Source: Spirochaetota bacterium (GTDB lineage: Bacteria > Spirochaetota > UBA4802 > JAFGDQ01). From it: a DNA stretch of 64,000 nt. The notes below the pieces were generated by a model. The model did no database searches, was not told where the DNA came from, and worked only from the letters and a program-made list of their open reading frames with translations. Made by a program: the position numbers and the translations under genes. The DNA is taken from positions 1-64,000 of the forward strand of contig JAZDKB010000047.1 of NCBI GenBank assembly GCA_043803405.1. The letters run 5' to 3'. Positions 10,665 through 20,053 of the stretch are shown in pieces (within the stretch, counting starts at the first letter, position 1; every line of letters starts with the position of its first letter).

Positions 10665-11546
10665 ATGATTGATTTTGAATATTTCAGGCCGCAAACAATA
10701 GGCGAAGCAGTAAGGTTATATAATAAATATGGTGAAAAGGCGAAGCTCCTGGCTGGAGGTACGGAGCTTATGAATGAGTTTCGCTTAGGCAAATCGAAAC
10801 CGGAGCAGGTCATAGATATAAAGCATATAAAAGAACTGGATTTTATCGAACTAACGGCAGATGGATTAAGGATTGGAGCGCTATACCGCCTTTGGGATGT
10901 GGAATGCTCTGAAATATTGCGGAACAGCCCCTTTAACGTATTAAGTTACGTAGCCGGCACAATGGCTTCTCCCCAGGTGCGTAACAAGGCAACCATAGTC
11001 GGAAATGTATGCAGGTCTTCACCATCTGCTGATATGCTCCCTCCGCTCATAGCTCTGGGCGCTAAAGCAAAAATTATCGGGAAAGAAGCTGAAAGAATAG
11101 TTCCTGTTGAAGATATATCAATTGGGCCGGGTAAAACGATATTAAAACCCGGTGAAATACTGACCGAAATACAAATACCGAATTTAGCTGAGTATTCCGG
11201 ATGCACTTACTATAAAGTAAGCCCTAGAAAATCCATGGATCTTGCAGTTGTCGGAGTTGCTGTAATGCTTAGGACTGACCCAGATATGACTGCCTGTATT
11301 GATGCAAGAATAGTGCTGGGGGCAGTGGGGCCTACGGCAATCAGAGCGCGGAAGGCCGAGTCTATGCTTATTGGCAAGAAACTTAATGTATCCGCAATTG
11401 AAGATGCCGGGAAAACTGCAGTGGGAGAATGCAATCCGATAGATGATGTCAGGTCTACAGCATGGTACAGAAAACAAATGATAGCAGTTGGAGTAAAGCG
11501 GACTATCGGATTTTCAATGAAAGAAATTAACAAAAGAAAAAAATAA
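10665..11546 (+). CDS. Xanthine dehydrogenase family FAD-binding subunit (CoxM-like)
   Basis: FEYFRPQT, LAGGT, QVRNKATIVGN, SPSAD, PIDDVRSTAWYR. Confidence 0.92.
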   Translation: MIDFEYFRPQTIGEAVRLYNKYGEKAKLLAGGTELMNEFRLGKSKPEQVIDIKHIKELDFIELTADGLRIGALYRLWDVECSEILRNSPFNVLSYVAGTMASPQVRNKATIVGNVCRSSPSADMLPPLIALGAKAKIIGKEAERIVPVEDISIGPGKTILKPGEILTEIQIPNLAEYSGCTYYKVSPRKSMDLAVVGVAVMLRTDPDMTACIDARIVLGAVGPTAIRARKAESMLIGKKLNVSAIEDAGKTAVGECNPIDDVRSTAWYRKQMIAVGVKRTIGFSMKEINKRKK

Positions 11547-11620
11547 AGAAATGGGGCAAATGAATAGAAAGAAGTGGGAAAAGGCACTGGGAAGAAAAAA
11601 AAATAAGGAGATAAGTTATT

Positions 11621-11839
11621 ATGAACTTTAAATGTCCAGTATGCAAAAAAGAATGGCCCATAAGCATACATGTAGCGAGACATATTTTCGGCACAAACGA
11701 TAAGCCGCATAGAGCCTGGGTTGACGAGCAGGGTAAAGAAGATGGATTTACTTTTGACGATCTTTTAATTCAACAGGTCACCAAGCCGGGCAACGAAAGC
11801 TATATAACCATTGCTAAAATTGTTGAAAAGAACCAGTAA
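11621..11839 (+). CDS. 72-aa protein with C2H2-type zinc-finger spacing
   Basis: C-x2-C-x12-H-x8-H (CPVCKKEWPISIHVARHIFGTNDKPH); strong RBS AAGGAG; inside the operon. Confidence 0.75.
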   Translation: MNFKCPVCKKEWPISIHVARHIFGTNDKPHRAWVDEQGKEDGFTFDDLLIQQVTKPGNESYITIAKIVEKNQ

Positions 11840-11884
11840 TTCTTATAGGGCTGTTGAACGCAAAAAATATTTAAGAGAAAAATA

Positions 11885-12019
11885 ATGAAATTTTCTGGAA
11901 AGTTAAACATATATGCGACTATTGCCATATTGCTGGAAGACATAATATCTACCGCAATAGACAGAAAACAAATGATAGCTCTTGGAGTGGAACGGGCTAT
12001 TGGCTTTTCAATGAAATAA
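11885..12019 (+). pseudogene. Remnant duplicate of the FAD-subunit 3' end
   Basis: Translates ...STAIDRKQMIALGVERAIGFSMK versus STAWYRKQMIAVGVKRTIGFSMK at the end of 10665..11546; nucleotide similarity is visible. Confidence 0.75.
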
Positions 12020-12045
12020 ATTAATATAAGGAAGGATATAATACA

Positions 12046-12558
12046 ATGGGAGCGAATTCAGATATTAAAGCAAAAAAAATTATAAATCTCAAAATCAATA
12101 ATGAAAATCATCAGGTTATTGTGCGGGCGGGAGAATCCCTGTTAGACATACTGCGAAACAGGCTTTATCTTACCGGAACAAAGATGGGATGTAACGAAGG
12201 AGATTGCGGTGCGTGTACGGTAATTATGAATGGCCGTCCTGTGAACTCGTGCCTGGTACTGGCTGTGGAAGCTGATGGAGCGGATATATTGACTATCGAG
12301 GGGCTGGCTCAGGGTTCCAAGCTTCATCCATTGCAGGAAGCATTCATGAAGTACGGTGGGTATCAATGCGGATTCTGCACACCCGGGATGCTGATGTCGG
12401 CAAAGGCATTGCTCGATAAGAATCCGAATCCGACTGAAGAAGAAATAAGAATGGGAATATCGGGCAATATATGCCGCTGTACAGGCTATGTTAAAATTGT
12501 GGAGTCCATTAGAGAAGCCGCTAAAGTTATGAGAGGCGAGGATAAAGCTGATATTTAA
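12046..12558 (+). CDS. Xanthine dehydrogenase family [2Fe-2S] subunit (CoxS-like)
   Basis: GCNEGDCGAC...NSC and QCGFCTPG...CRCTGY. Confidence 0.95.
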   Translation: MGANSDIKAKKIINLKINNENHQVIVRAGESLLDILRNRLYLTGTKMGCNEGDCGACTVIMNGRPVNSCLVLAVEADGADILTIEGLAQGSKLHPLQEAFMKYGGYQCGFCTPGMLMSAKALLDKNPNPTEEEIRMGISGNICRCTGYVKIVESIREAAKVMRGEDKADI

Positions 12559-12634
12559 CCGGCAGATAAAGACGGTTTTTTAAAAAAAATATCATATAAT
12601 AAATCAAATTAAAAAATATCCTGAGGAAAATAAA

Positions 12635-15085
12635 TTGATAGATGAATATAATATGGTTGTAAATCACGTAACTAAAGAATTAGAGGCGACGTCAAAAGAA
12701 TTCAGAGAGGTAGATCCGGATTTGGAAAATAAAAAGAATGAAATAAAAGAGGAAGAAGGCGATCTCGTCGGAGCGTTGGCACATACACAGCATTCGGTTA
12801 TTGGTAAAAGAATAGCTGCGGTTGACGGAACTGAGAAAGTAACCGGCTCTGCATTATATACGGTCGATATATTCCTGCACAACATGTTGTATGGGAAGAT
12901 ACTCCGAAGTCCGCATGCCCACGCAAAGATTCTGAGCATTGACACAAGCAGGGCGGAAAAATTTCCAGGCGTTAGAGCCGTGGTTACAGCGAAAGACACG
13001 ATTGGCAAAAAAAACGGTATATGGCGGCGCTTCCCCGACCTCTGCGATGAAGAAATTCTGTGCAGAGACAGAGTTAACTATATCGGTGATGCTGTGGCAG
13101 CAGTAGCTGCAGTAGATGAAGAGTGCGCAGAAGAAGCGTTGAAGCTGATTGATGTGAAGTATGAAGTTCTACCTGGAATTTTTACTCCAAGGGAAGCAAT
13201 AAAGAAGGGCGCGCAGGTAATTCACGATCATGCCGGAAGGAACATGAATATAACGCGGCATATGGAATGGGGCGATGTGGATGCTGCATTTGAAAAATGT
13301 TATCATGTACGCGAAGACCGCTTTAATTGCTCAAGCCAGTTCCATGCCTGTATGGAAACGCATGCCAGCATCGCAAGCTGGGGATACGATAAAAGGCTTA
13401 CGATTTGGACATCGTGCCAGTCGCAATATTATGTTCAGATATTGCTCGCTGGCATGCTTGGTTTAAAAGAAAGTGATATCAGAGTTATCCGTCCTCATAC
13501 AGGAGGAGGTTTCGGCGGAAAGCTATCCCTCGATTCGACGCAATTCTGCTCTTCTCTGCTTTCAATGAAAGCTGGCAGGCCGGTTAAAATTATAATGACC
13601 CGCGAAGAAGACTGTATCGCAACGAAAAGACGCACGCCGATGGATTATTACATCAAACTGGGGGCTAAAAAGGACGGTACTCTTTTGGCCAAAGAAGTCA
13701 AAGTACTTACGGAAGGCGGAGCTTATACAGGTATGGGTGCGACTGCTCTTTATCTTACCGGTTTCTTTTCATCCTTTCCTTATAAATATCCTAATTACAG
13801 ATACGATGGTTTGCGGACATATACAAATACAGAAGGCACATCCGCAATGCGCGGTTTCGGAGCTCCGCAGGCAATGTTTTGCGGAGAATCACAAATAGAT
13901 ATGATGGCGGAAGATCTTGGTATTGACCCAATCGAAATCAGGCATATAAACGGGATGACTTCGAATTACAGGGTGCCGGGACAGGCAATTATTCAAAGCT
14001 GTGGGCTTCATGAGTGTATAGATTCGATCGATAAATATATAAAAAAGCGCGGCAAACTGCCGAAAAATCACGGCATCGGAATAGCCGCATACGGTTTTAT
14101 GTCCGGCGGTATTTTTAACTGGATAGATACACCATATGCCTTTGCTGCAGCCATTGTAAAGATTAATGTCGACGGCAAAGTGGATCTTTTTACAGGAGCA
14201 GTCGATACAGGCCAGGGTGCTAATACTACACTGTGCATGATTTGCGCAGAAGAGCTAGGCATACATGTCGACGACATAAGGCTTCATGTAGGCGATACCG
14301 CGGTCTGCCCTGTCGATCTCGGGAACTGGGGCAGCAGAACTACTTTGATGAACGGCAATGCTGTAAAAATGGCGGCCGCTGATGCAAAGCAACAGCTTAT
14401 TCATTTTGCCATAGCAAGACTGAGCTCCAATGTCATATACGATCTTGACATCAAGGATCATTGGGTTCATCTTGTTTCCAGACCGGAGCGCGGAGTTTCT
14501 TACTTTGATGTAGTCAAGGACGCGATCAAAGGAACTGAAGGCCAGAATATTATCGGCCGCGGTCATTATACTCCGCATCGCAAGGGTATGATATCGCCGG
14601 CCTACAGCTTTGGAGTACAGGCGGTAGAGGTTAAGGTTGATACGGATACAGGTAAAGTTGACCTTGTACACGTGGCGACAGCACATGAAAGCGGTACTGT
14701 GATCAATCCTATCGGTTTGGAAGGACAACTTGAAGGAGCATTTCATATGGCTGCAGGGTATGCACTTATAGAAGATATAAAGATGAAAGATGGAAAGATA
14801 ATGAACCCCAATTTTCGCGACTATAAATTATTTCTTGCACCGGATATGCCGGAGAACGAAGTACTTGAGATAGACACTTACGAACCTGAAGGACCTTTCG
14901 GCGCCAAGGAAGCCGGAGAGGGATTGACTAATCCAACTGCCGGCGCTATTGGCAATGCTATTTATAACGCTGTCGGCGTGAGGATGAGAGATCTCCCCAT
15001 GACCCCTGAAAAGGTACTCAGGGCGCTTCAGGAGAAGGAAAGTGAGTTAGCCAAAGAGGAAGAAGCATCAGGAGTTGTAGCTTGA
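12635..15085 (+). CDS. Xanthine dehydrogenase family molybdopterin-binding subunit
   Basis: RSPHAHAKI, GGGFGGK, AMRGFGAPQ, GSRTT, GQLEG, GPFGAKEAGE; TTG start after GAGG. Confidence 0.93.
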   Translation: MIDEYNMVVNHVTKELEATSKEFREVDPDLENKKNEIKEEEGDLVGALAHTQHSVIGKRIAAVDGTEKVTGSALYTVDIFLHNMLYGKILRSPHAHAKILSIDTSRAEKFPGVRAVVTAKDTIGKKNGIWRRFPDLCDEEILCRDRVNYIGDAVAAVAAVDEECAEEALKLIDVKYEVLPGIFTPREAIKKGAQVIHDHAGRNMNITRHMEWGDVDAAFEKCYHVREDRFNCSSQFHACMETHASIASWGYDKRLTIWTSCQSQYYVQILLAGMLGLKESDIRVIRPHTGGGFGGKLSLDSTQFCSSLLSMKAGRPVKIIMTREEDCIATKRRTPMDYYIKLGAKKDGTLLAKEVKVLTEGGAYTGMGATALYLTGFFSSFPYKYPNYRYDGLRTYTNTEGTSAMRGFGAPQAMFCGESQIDMMAEDLGIDPIEIRHINGMTSNYRVPGQAIIQSCGLHECIDSIDKYIKKRGKLPKNHGIGIAAYGFMSGGIFNWIDTPYAFAAAIVKINVDGKVDLFTGAVDTGQGANTTLCMICAEELGIHVDDIRLHVGDTAVCPVDLGNWGSRTTLMNGNAVKMAAADAKQQLIHFAIARLSSNVIYDLDIKDHWVHLVSRPERGVSYFDVVKDAIKGTEGQNIIGRGHYTPHRKGMISPAYSFGVQAVEVKVDTDTGKVDLVHVATAHESGTVINPIGLEGQLEGAFHMAAGYALIEDIKMKDGKIMNPNFRDYKLFLAPDMPENEVLEIDTYEPEGPFGAKEAGEGLTNPTAGAIGNAIYNAVGVRMRDLPMTPEKVLRALQEKESELAKEEEASGVVA

Positions 15086-15229
15086 TATGAATGGCTAATA
15101 TTTAAAAAAATATTAATGTGCGGATATTGTTATAGAAGCTATTTTTAAAGATAAGAAATCCAGGATATATCTTTTTGAAAAACTGGATAGAATATGTTCA
15201 AAAAAGACAATCATAGCAAGAGGATCATC

Positions 15230-17101
15230 ATGGCACTCAATCTTCTGGTAGACTCACGGGATGTCCGGTTTGTTCTTTTCGAGATGTTCGAAGCTGATAA
15301 ATTATTGAAATACCCACAGTTTGCTGAACATGATAAAGATATTTTCGAGGATATGCTGAACCTTGCTGAAAGACTAGCTATTAACACTTTTTATCCATCC
15401 TACGCTGAAGGCGATAAAGAAGGAGGAGCAAAATTTGATTCCATTACAAAAGAAGTTAAAACGCCGGAATTAGTAAAAACCGCATGGAATGCCTATGTGA
15501 AAGCCGGGTTTACAAATATGAGAGTTGAAAAAGAATACGGCGGAATGGAAATGCCGGAGATAATTGCCAATTCGTGTAATGAATATTTTCAGGCTGCTAA
15601 TTACAGCATAATGATGTATGCTAATCTGCTTTCCGGTGCATCATATCTTATTAATAAATTCGGAACAGACGAGCAGAGAAAATTATTTTCACAAAGAATG
15701 ACAGCAGGTAAATGGGGCGGCAGCATGTGTCTCACAGAACCGGAGGCGGGATCTGATCTGAGGAATATGAAAACCATGGCTGTTAAGCAAAACGACGGAA
15801 CATATCTTATTACTGGTCAAAAAATATTTATTACAGCAGGAGAGCATGATCTTACTGATAATATAATTCATATAGTCCTAGCAATAATTAAAGGGTATCC
15901 AAAAGGTACTAAAGGCATATCGGCATTTATTGTACCTAAGTACCTTGTAAATCCGGATGGATCAAAAGGGAAGAAAAACGATATAATCTGCTCCGGTATT
16001 GAGCATAAAATGGGAATAAAAAGCAGTGCAACAGCATCTCTTAACTTTGGAGATAACGGGAAATGTACGGGATATTTACTCGGCAAAGAAATGGAGGGAA
16101 TGAGAATCATGTTCCATATGATGAATTCCTCGCGAATTGAAGTTGGCTTTCATGCTCTTGGAGTATCTAGTGCTGCTTATTTGCATGCTGTAACCTACGC
16201 AAGAAACAGAAAGCAGGGGCCTAATATAAAATTTAAGGATCCTGACGCACCGATGGTGCCTATTATAGAGCATCCGGATGTACAGAGAATGCTCCTGTGG
16301 ATGAAATCACATGTCGAAGGCATGCGTATGCTGGGGTATTTTCTGTCCAGATCCTTGGATATTTTCAGGATAGAGAAAGGCGATGAAGCTAAGAAAGCAT
16401 TGGCTATTCTGGATCTTCTAACGCCTGTGCATAAAGCCGGCATTGCAGATAATTCATGGCTAGTAACAGCAGAAGCAATACAGGTTTACGGTGGATATGG
16501 TTATATTAGCGATTATCCAGTTGAACAGTATGCGCGCGATTCAAAAATCATGTCGGTAGTTGAAGGCACAAACGGAATTCAATCAATTGATCTGATATTC
16601 AGAAAGATTTTAAAGAATAAAGATCAATACAATTATACTGTGTGGAAGGATAATGTTAGCGAAACAATAATTAAAGCAAATGGGATCACTGATGAAAAAT
16701 ATATCGGAAATGTAAAGCACGGAATGGATAAACTGGATGATGTTTTGAGATTTTTCATAAAGGCTGTTAAAACCGGCAATGAAGCGCTTGTCTATATGAA
16801 CGCAACTCCATTCCAGCAAGCAATGTATATACAAGTTTTAGCATGGCTTCATTTATGGAGTCTTACTATTACTGTTCCTGCGTTTAAAGTGCTTGCTGGA
16901 GACATGAAAGGAGATGATTTGCAAAAGCTTATTAATAATAATAGTGAAGCAGCATATTATCAGGGAAAAATACTTTCTTCGCAATTCTTTATTGGAATTG
17001 AACTCTATAAAGCTTTCGGCAAAATCGATTCAATTCTAGCAGGGGAAGATGCTGTAATCAAAACTTCTTCAGCTGTTTTTACCGGTGCGCCAGAAGAATA
17101 A
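15230..17101 (+). CDS. Acyl-CoA dehydrogenase (long, about 600-aa type)
   Basis: MCLTEPEAGSD, GQKIFITAGEHD, IEHKMGI, AIQVYGGYGY, EGTNGIQ; start moved to MALNLL after GAGGA. Confidence 0.95.
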   Translation: MALNLLVDSRDVRFVLFEMFEADKLLKYPQFAEHDKDIFEDMLNLAERLAINTFYPSYAEGDKEGGAKFDSITKEVKTPELVKTAWNAYVKAGFTNMRVEKEYGGMEMPEIIANSCNEYFQAANYSIMMYANLLSGASYLINKFGTDEQRKLFSQRMTAGKWGGSMCLTEPEAGSDLRNMKTMAVKQNDGTYLITGQKIFITAGEHDLTDNIIHIVLAIIKGYPKGTKGISAFIVPKYLVNPDGSKGKKNDIICSGIEHKMGIKSSATASLNFGDNGKCTGYLLGKEMEGMRIMFHMMNSSRIEVGFHALGVSSAAYLHAVTYARNRKQGPNIKFKDPDAPMVPIIEHPDVQRMLLWMKSHVEGMRMLGYFLSRSLDIFRIEKGDEAKKALAILDLLTPVHKAGIADNSWLVTAEAIQVYGGYGYISDYPVEQYARDSKIMSVVEGTNGIQSIDLIFRKILKNKDQYNYTVWKDNVSETIIKANGITDEKYIGNVKHGMDKLDDVLRFFIKAVKTGNEALVYMNATPFQQAMYIQVLAWLHLWSLTITVPAFKVLAGDMKGDDLQKLINNNSEAAYYQGKILSSQFFIGIELYKAFGKIDSILAGEDAVIKTSSAVFTGAPEE

Positions 17102-17264
17102 AATATTTCTGGATAAGAGTCAGGCTATTCGCCATACATATGCTTTGCGAATCGATCGTCTCACATCTTCCAGAGAGGATACTGCCCTTTATTTGACGCT
17201 TACGCTTACTCCGCTTACTCTGAGTGTTTTAAGTTTATTTTTTCTGAAATATAAACAAGTGATA

Positions 17265-17292
17265 AAAAAGGCTACCTCTGTAGTTGGTAACC
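17265..17292 (-). terminator. Rho-independent terminator of tRNA-His
   Basis: Minus strand GGTTACC-AACTACAGA-GGTAGCC-TTTTTT directly after the tRNA 3' end. Confidence 0.6.
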
Positions 17293-17299
17293 AAAAATG

Positions 17300-17373
17300 G
17301 GTGGCTGACGGGGCTTGAACCCGCGACAACAGGATCCACAATCCTGGGCTCTGCCAACTGAGCTACAACCACC
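17300..17373 (-). tRNA. tRNA-His(GTG)
   Basis: GGTGGTTGTAGCTCAGTTGGCAGAGC-CCAGGATTGTGGATCCTG-...GGTTCAAGCCC...CAGCCACC; anticodon GTG; encoded G-1:C73. Confidence 0.95.
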
Positions 17374-17479
17374 ATATATTAATAATCACAATCACATTAG
17401 AAATTGCTGAAGTCAATTAATGCAATTTACATCTAATAAAACTAAATCTTTAAATAGTGTCAACTTAATTTTTCGGTTA

Positions 17480-17548
17480 ATTTATTTGCCACAGAGAGAC
17501 TGAGATATAATAGTTTCTAATGCGTCTCAATATCTCCGTGGTATAAAT
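17480..17548. repeat. Stand-alone GCCACAGAG-type inverted repeat
   Basis: GCCACAGAGAGACTGAGA...TCTCAATATCTCCGTGGT; similar to the inner part of the elements at 1101 and 58961; just after the htpG stop. Confidence 0.6.
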
Positions 17549-17560
17549 TGATTTAATTTG

Positions 17561-19432
17561 TTATTTCAGCGCTTTCTCCGTAATGGCATTCAGCCTCTTT
17601 ACGAACTGCGTTGTGTCTTTTATTTCGACGCCTTCTATTAAGAGCGCCTGTTCCAGCAGGAGCCTGCTTATGTCCTCAAAGAGAGCATCGTCCTGAATGT
17701 CCGCAAGCTTTTTTACTATCTCGTGATTGGGATTTATCTCGAGAATCGGCTTGACTTCAGCAAGATTTTTCTGTCCCATCGCTTTCATCATCTCCTGCAT
17801 CTGAACGGTCGGGTCTGTTACATCGACTACTACACACGACGGCGAATCGGACAACCGGGTGCTTGCCTTAACGTCTTTAACATCATCTCCCAGAACCTGT
17901 TTTATGCGTTTGATTATTGGTTCAATTTGCTTTTCTTCTTTTTTATCTTCTTCTGTTTTAAGGTCTTCGGCCGCATCGCTCTTGTTTATTGATTTAAGTT
18001 CAAATTCCTTATACTTATGAATTGAAGGCATTACGATCTCATCGACTTTATCATCAAGAATAAGCACTTCAATGTCTTTCTTCCTGTACATTTCAAGAAG
18101 AGGGGATTTCCTTAGTACTGCTTCTTTTTCTCCTGTAATGTAATAAATGGACTTCTGATCCGGCTGCATTCTCAGCTGGTAATCGGCAAAGCCGGTATAG
18201 CCCTCAGCTTTGGTTGATTTAAAGCGTACCAGCTCCAGCAATGTATCCCTGTTTTCGTAATCCTGGAAAAGCCCTTCTTTAAGCGGATTGCCATACTCTT
18301 TTATAAAGGTTGTATATTTCTCTTTATCTTTGGCAAGGTGGCCGAACTCGCTTAAAAGTTTTTTTACGGATGATGATTTTATCTTCATCATAATGTTGTT
18401 TTTTTGAAGGATCTCCCTGCTCACGTTTAACGGCAGGTCCTCGGAGTCTATTATGCCGCGGACAAAACGCAGGTAAGTCGGAAGCAGTTCCTTGTTGTCG
18501 TCTGTAATAAATACCCGTTTCACGTAAAGCTTAACGCCCGGCCTGTAATCCGCGTAATACATATCGAACGGAGCTTTTGCAGGCACGTAGAAAAGGGTAG
18601 TGAAATCCATAGTTCCCTCTGCCTGGGTATGAACATAGAACATTGGGTCTTCGCTTTCGTGTCCGATCGTCCTGTAGAACTCTTTGTAGTCTTCGTCCTT
18701 AAGCTCGCTTTTCGATCTCTTCCATATCGCCCTGGCATCATTAATTATTTCAGTTTTCTGCTCACGGATTTCTTTTTTATCTTTATCCTCGCCTTCGTAT
18801 TTTACATCTTCATAATGAAGTATGATGGGGAAGGGGATATGATTCGAATATTTTTTTATGACAGTCTCAATTTGCCACCTGCTTGCGAATTCCTTTCCTT
18901 CATCGTTTAAATGCAGGATGACGGTTGTGCCGGAAGAATCTCTTTCAGCGTCCGAAATATTGTATTCGCCCTTGCCGTCGCTTTCCCATTTATAGGCTTT
19001 TTCTTCACCTGCTTTTCTGCTGATGACTTCAACCTTTTCTGCGACCATAAAAGCTGAATAGAAACCCACGCCGAACTGACCAATCAGATTGGAATCTTTT
19101 TTAGCGTCGCTGCTCAGTTTCTCGACAAAGCTTTTTGTGCCCGATTTTGCGATAGTGCCTATCTGTTCTATCAGGTCTCCTTCGTTCATGCCTATACCTG
19201 TGTCGCTAATTGTTAGCGTATTGCCGGCTGAATCAAAGCTTATGTCTATTTTAGGATCGAACTGGATGTTTTTAAATTTTTCATCAGTAAGGGTCAGGTA
19301 TTTCAGTTTATCCATGGCATCGGAGGCGTTTGATGCAAGCTCTCTTAAGAATATCTCTTTATGAGAATAAAGCGAATGAATTATGAGGTAGAGTAATTGA
19401 TTTACTTCTGTTTCAAATTTTCTGGTTGTCAT
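17561..19432 (-). CDS. htpG: Molecular chaperone HtpG (Hsp90)
   Basis: SLYSHKEIFLREL, DTGIGM, IGQFGVGFYSAF, DLPLNVSRE, ILEINPNH. Confidence 0.98.
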   Translation of the reverse strand: MTTRKFETEVNQLLYLIIHSLYSHKEIFLRELASNASDAMDKLKYLTLTDEKFKNIQFDPKIDISFDSAGNTLTISDTGIGMNEGDLIEQIGTIAKSGTKSFVEKLSSDAKKDSNLIGQFGVGFYSAFMVAEKVEVISRKAGEEKAYKWESDGKGEYNISDAERDSSGTTVILHLNDEGKEFASRWQIETVIKKYSNHIPFPIILHYEDVKYEGEDKDKKEIREQKTEIINDARAIWKRSKSELKDEDYKEFYRTIGHESEDPMFYVHTQAEGTMDFTTLFYVPAKAPFDMYYADYRPGVKLYVKRVFITDDNKELLPTYLRFVRGIIDSEDLPLNVSREILQKNNIMMKIKSSSVKKLLSEFGHLAKDKEKYTTFIKEYGNPLKEGLFQDYENRDTLLELVRFKSTKAEGYTGFADYQLRMQPDQKSIYYITGEKEAVLRKSPLLEMYRKKDIEVLILDDKVDEIVMPSIHKYKEFELKSINKSDAAEDLKTEEDKKEEKQIEPIIKRIKQVLGDDVKDVKASTRLSDSPSCVVVDVTDPTVQMQEMMKAMGQKNLAEVKPILEINPNHEIVKKLADIQDDALFEDISRLLLEQALLIEGVEIKDTTQFVKRLNAITEKALK

Positions 19433-19663
19433 TGTTGAACTCCCTAATTGAAAAAATAAATTTTTTAATCATTAATATAATAAATTATTTTTAAATTGTA
19501 AAGTGGTTTGTCTTATGCTTAAAGCAATTTTTTTTGGCAAGTAAGTTTTATTAAATATTTTATTTACTTAAATTGTGATCAGGTGTATATTAATAGTGAA
19601 GATATTAGTTAATGATTTGCCTGCTTCTATTTTAAATTTGTTTAATATAAAAGGAGGTGTCAT

Positions 19664-19840
19664 ATGAATATCGAACTAACCAAAGAAGATCGTGAGTTTC
19701 TTGTTCTCTTACTGGAAAGAGAGTTTAAAAGCGCTCTTGTGGAACAGCATCACACTACTCATAATGATTACAAGCAAGTGGTAAAAGCAAAGATCAATGA
19801 ACTTGAAGCTTTGATTGTGAAAATGAAAAAAGCTGCATGA
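19664..19840 (+). CDS. 58-aa helical hypothetical protein (not in the ORF track)
   Basis: Perfect RBS AAGGAGGTG; MNIELTKEDREFLVLLLEREFKSALVEQHHTTHNDYKQVVKAKINELEALIVKMKKAA. Confidence 0.75.
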   Translation: MNIELTKEDREFLVLLLEREFKSALVEQHHTTHNDYKQVVKAKINELEALIVKMKKAA

Positions 19841-19960
19841 TCTGCGGACGTAGAAGAATATGTTCCAGTTGCAATTCGATTCACAGCAGGTATAATAAAT
19901 ATTATACAGGATTGTAAAAAAAGAGGGCGTGAAAAAATGCTGCGGACAGATTCAAAATTC

Positions 19961-20053
19961 AGCCGGTGTGGAAGGAAATTTCAATTCAGCGAAAAGGTTC
20001 TTTTCCTCTCTGGTAAACATCTTGTTCACCACACCGGCCTCCAGAGAATGTTT
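19961..20053 (-). ncRNA. Candidate structured RNA, class unknown
   Basis: 10-bp GCCGGTGTGG/CCACACCGGC stem, inner hairpins and a crossing CTCTGG/CCAGAG helix; a G-U pair favours the minus strand. Confidence 0.35.

Noticed and set aside
10665..15085. Naming the enzyme 4-hydroxybenzoyl-CoA reductase (hcrCAB), CO dehydrogenase or xanthine dehydrogenase
   Set aside because: The FAD subunit lacks the HcrB [4Fe-4S] insertion, the large subunit has AMRGFG rather than the CoxL AYxCSFR motif, and no purine-pathway neighbours are present.
17085..17318. 77-aa ORF as a real gene
   Set aside because: It overlaps the dehydrogenase stop and the tRNA and has no RBS; kept only as a possible integrase relic.
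19433..19660. CIRCE element upstream of htpG
   Set aside because: No TTAGCACTC-N9-GAGTGCTAA match seen.
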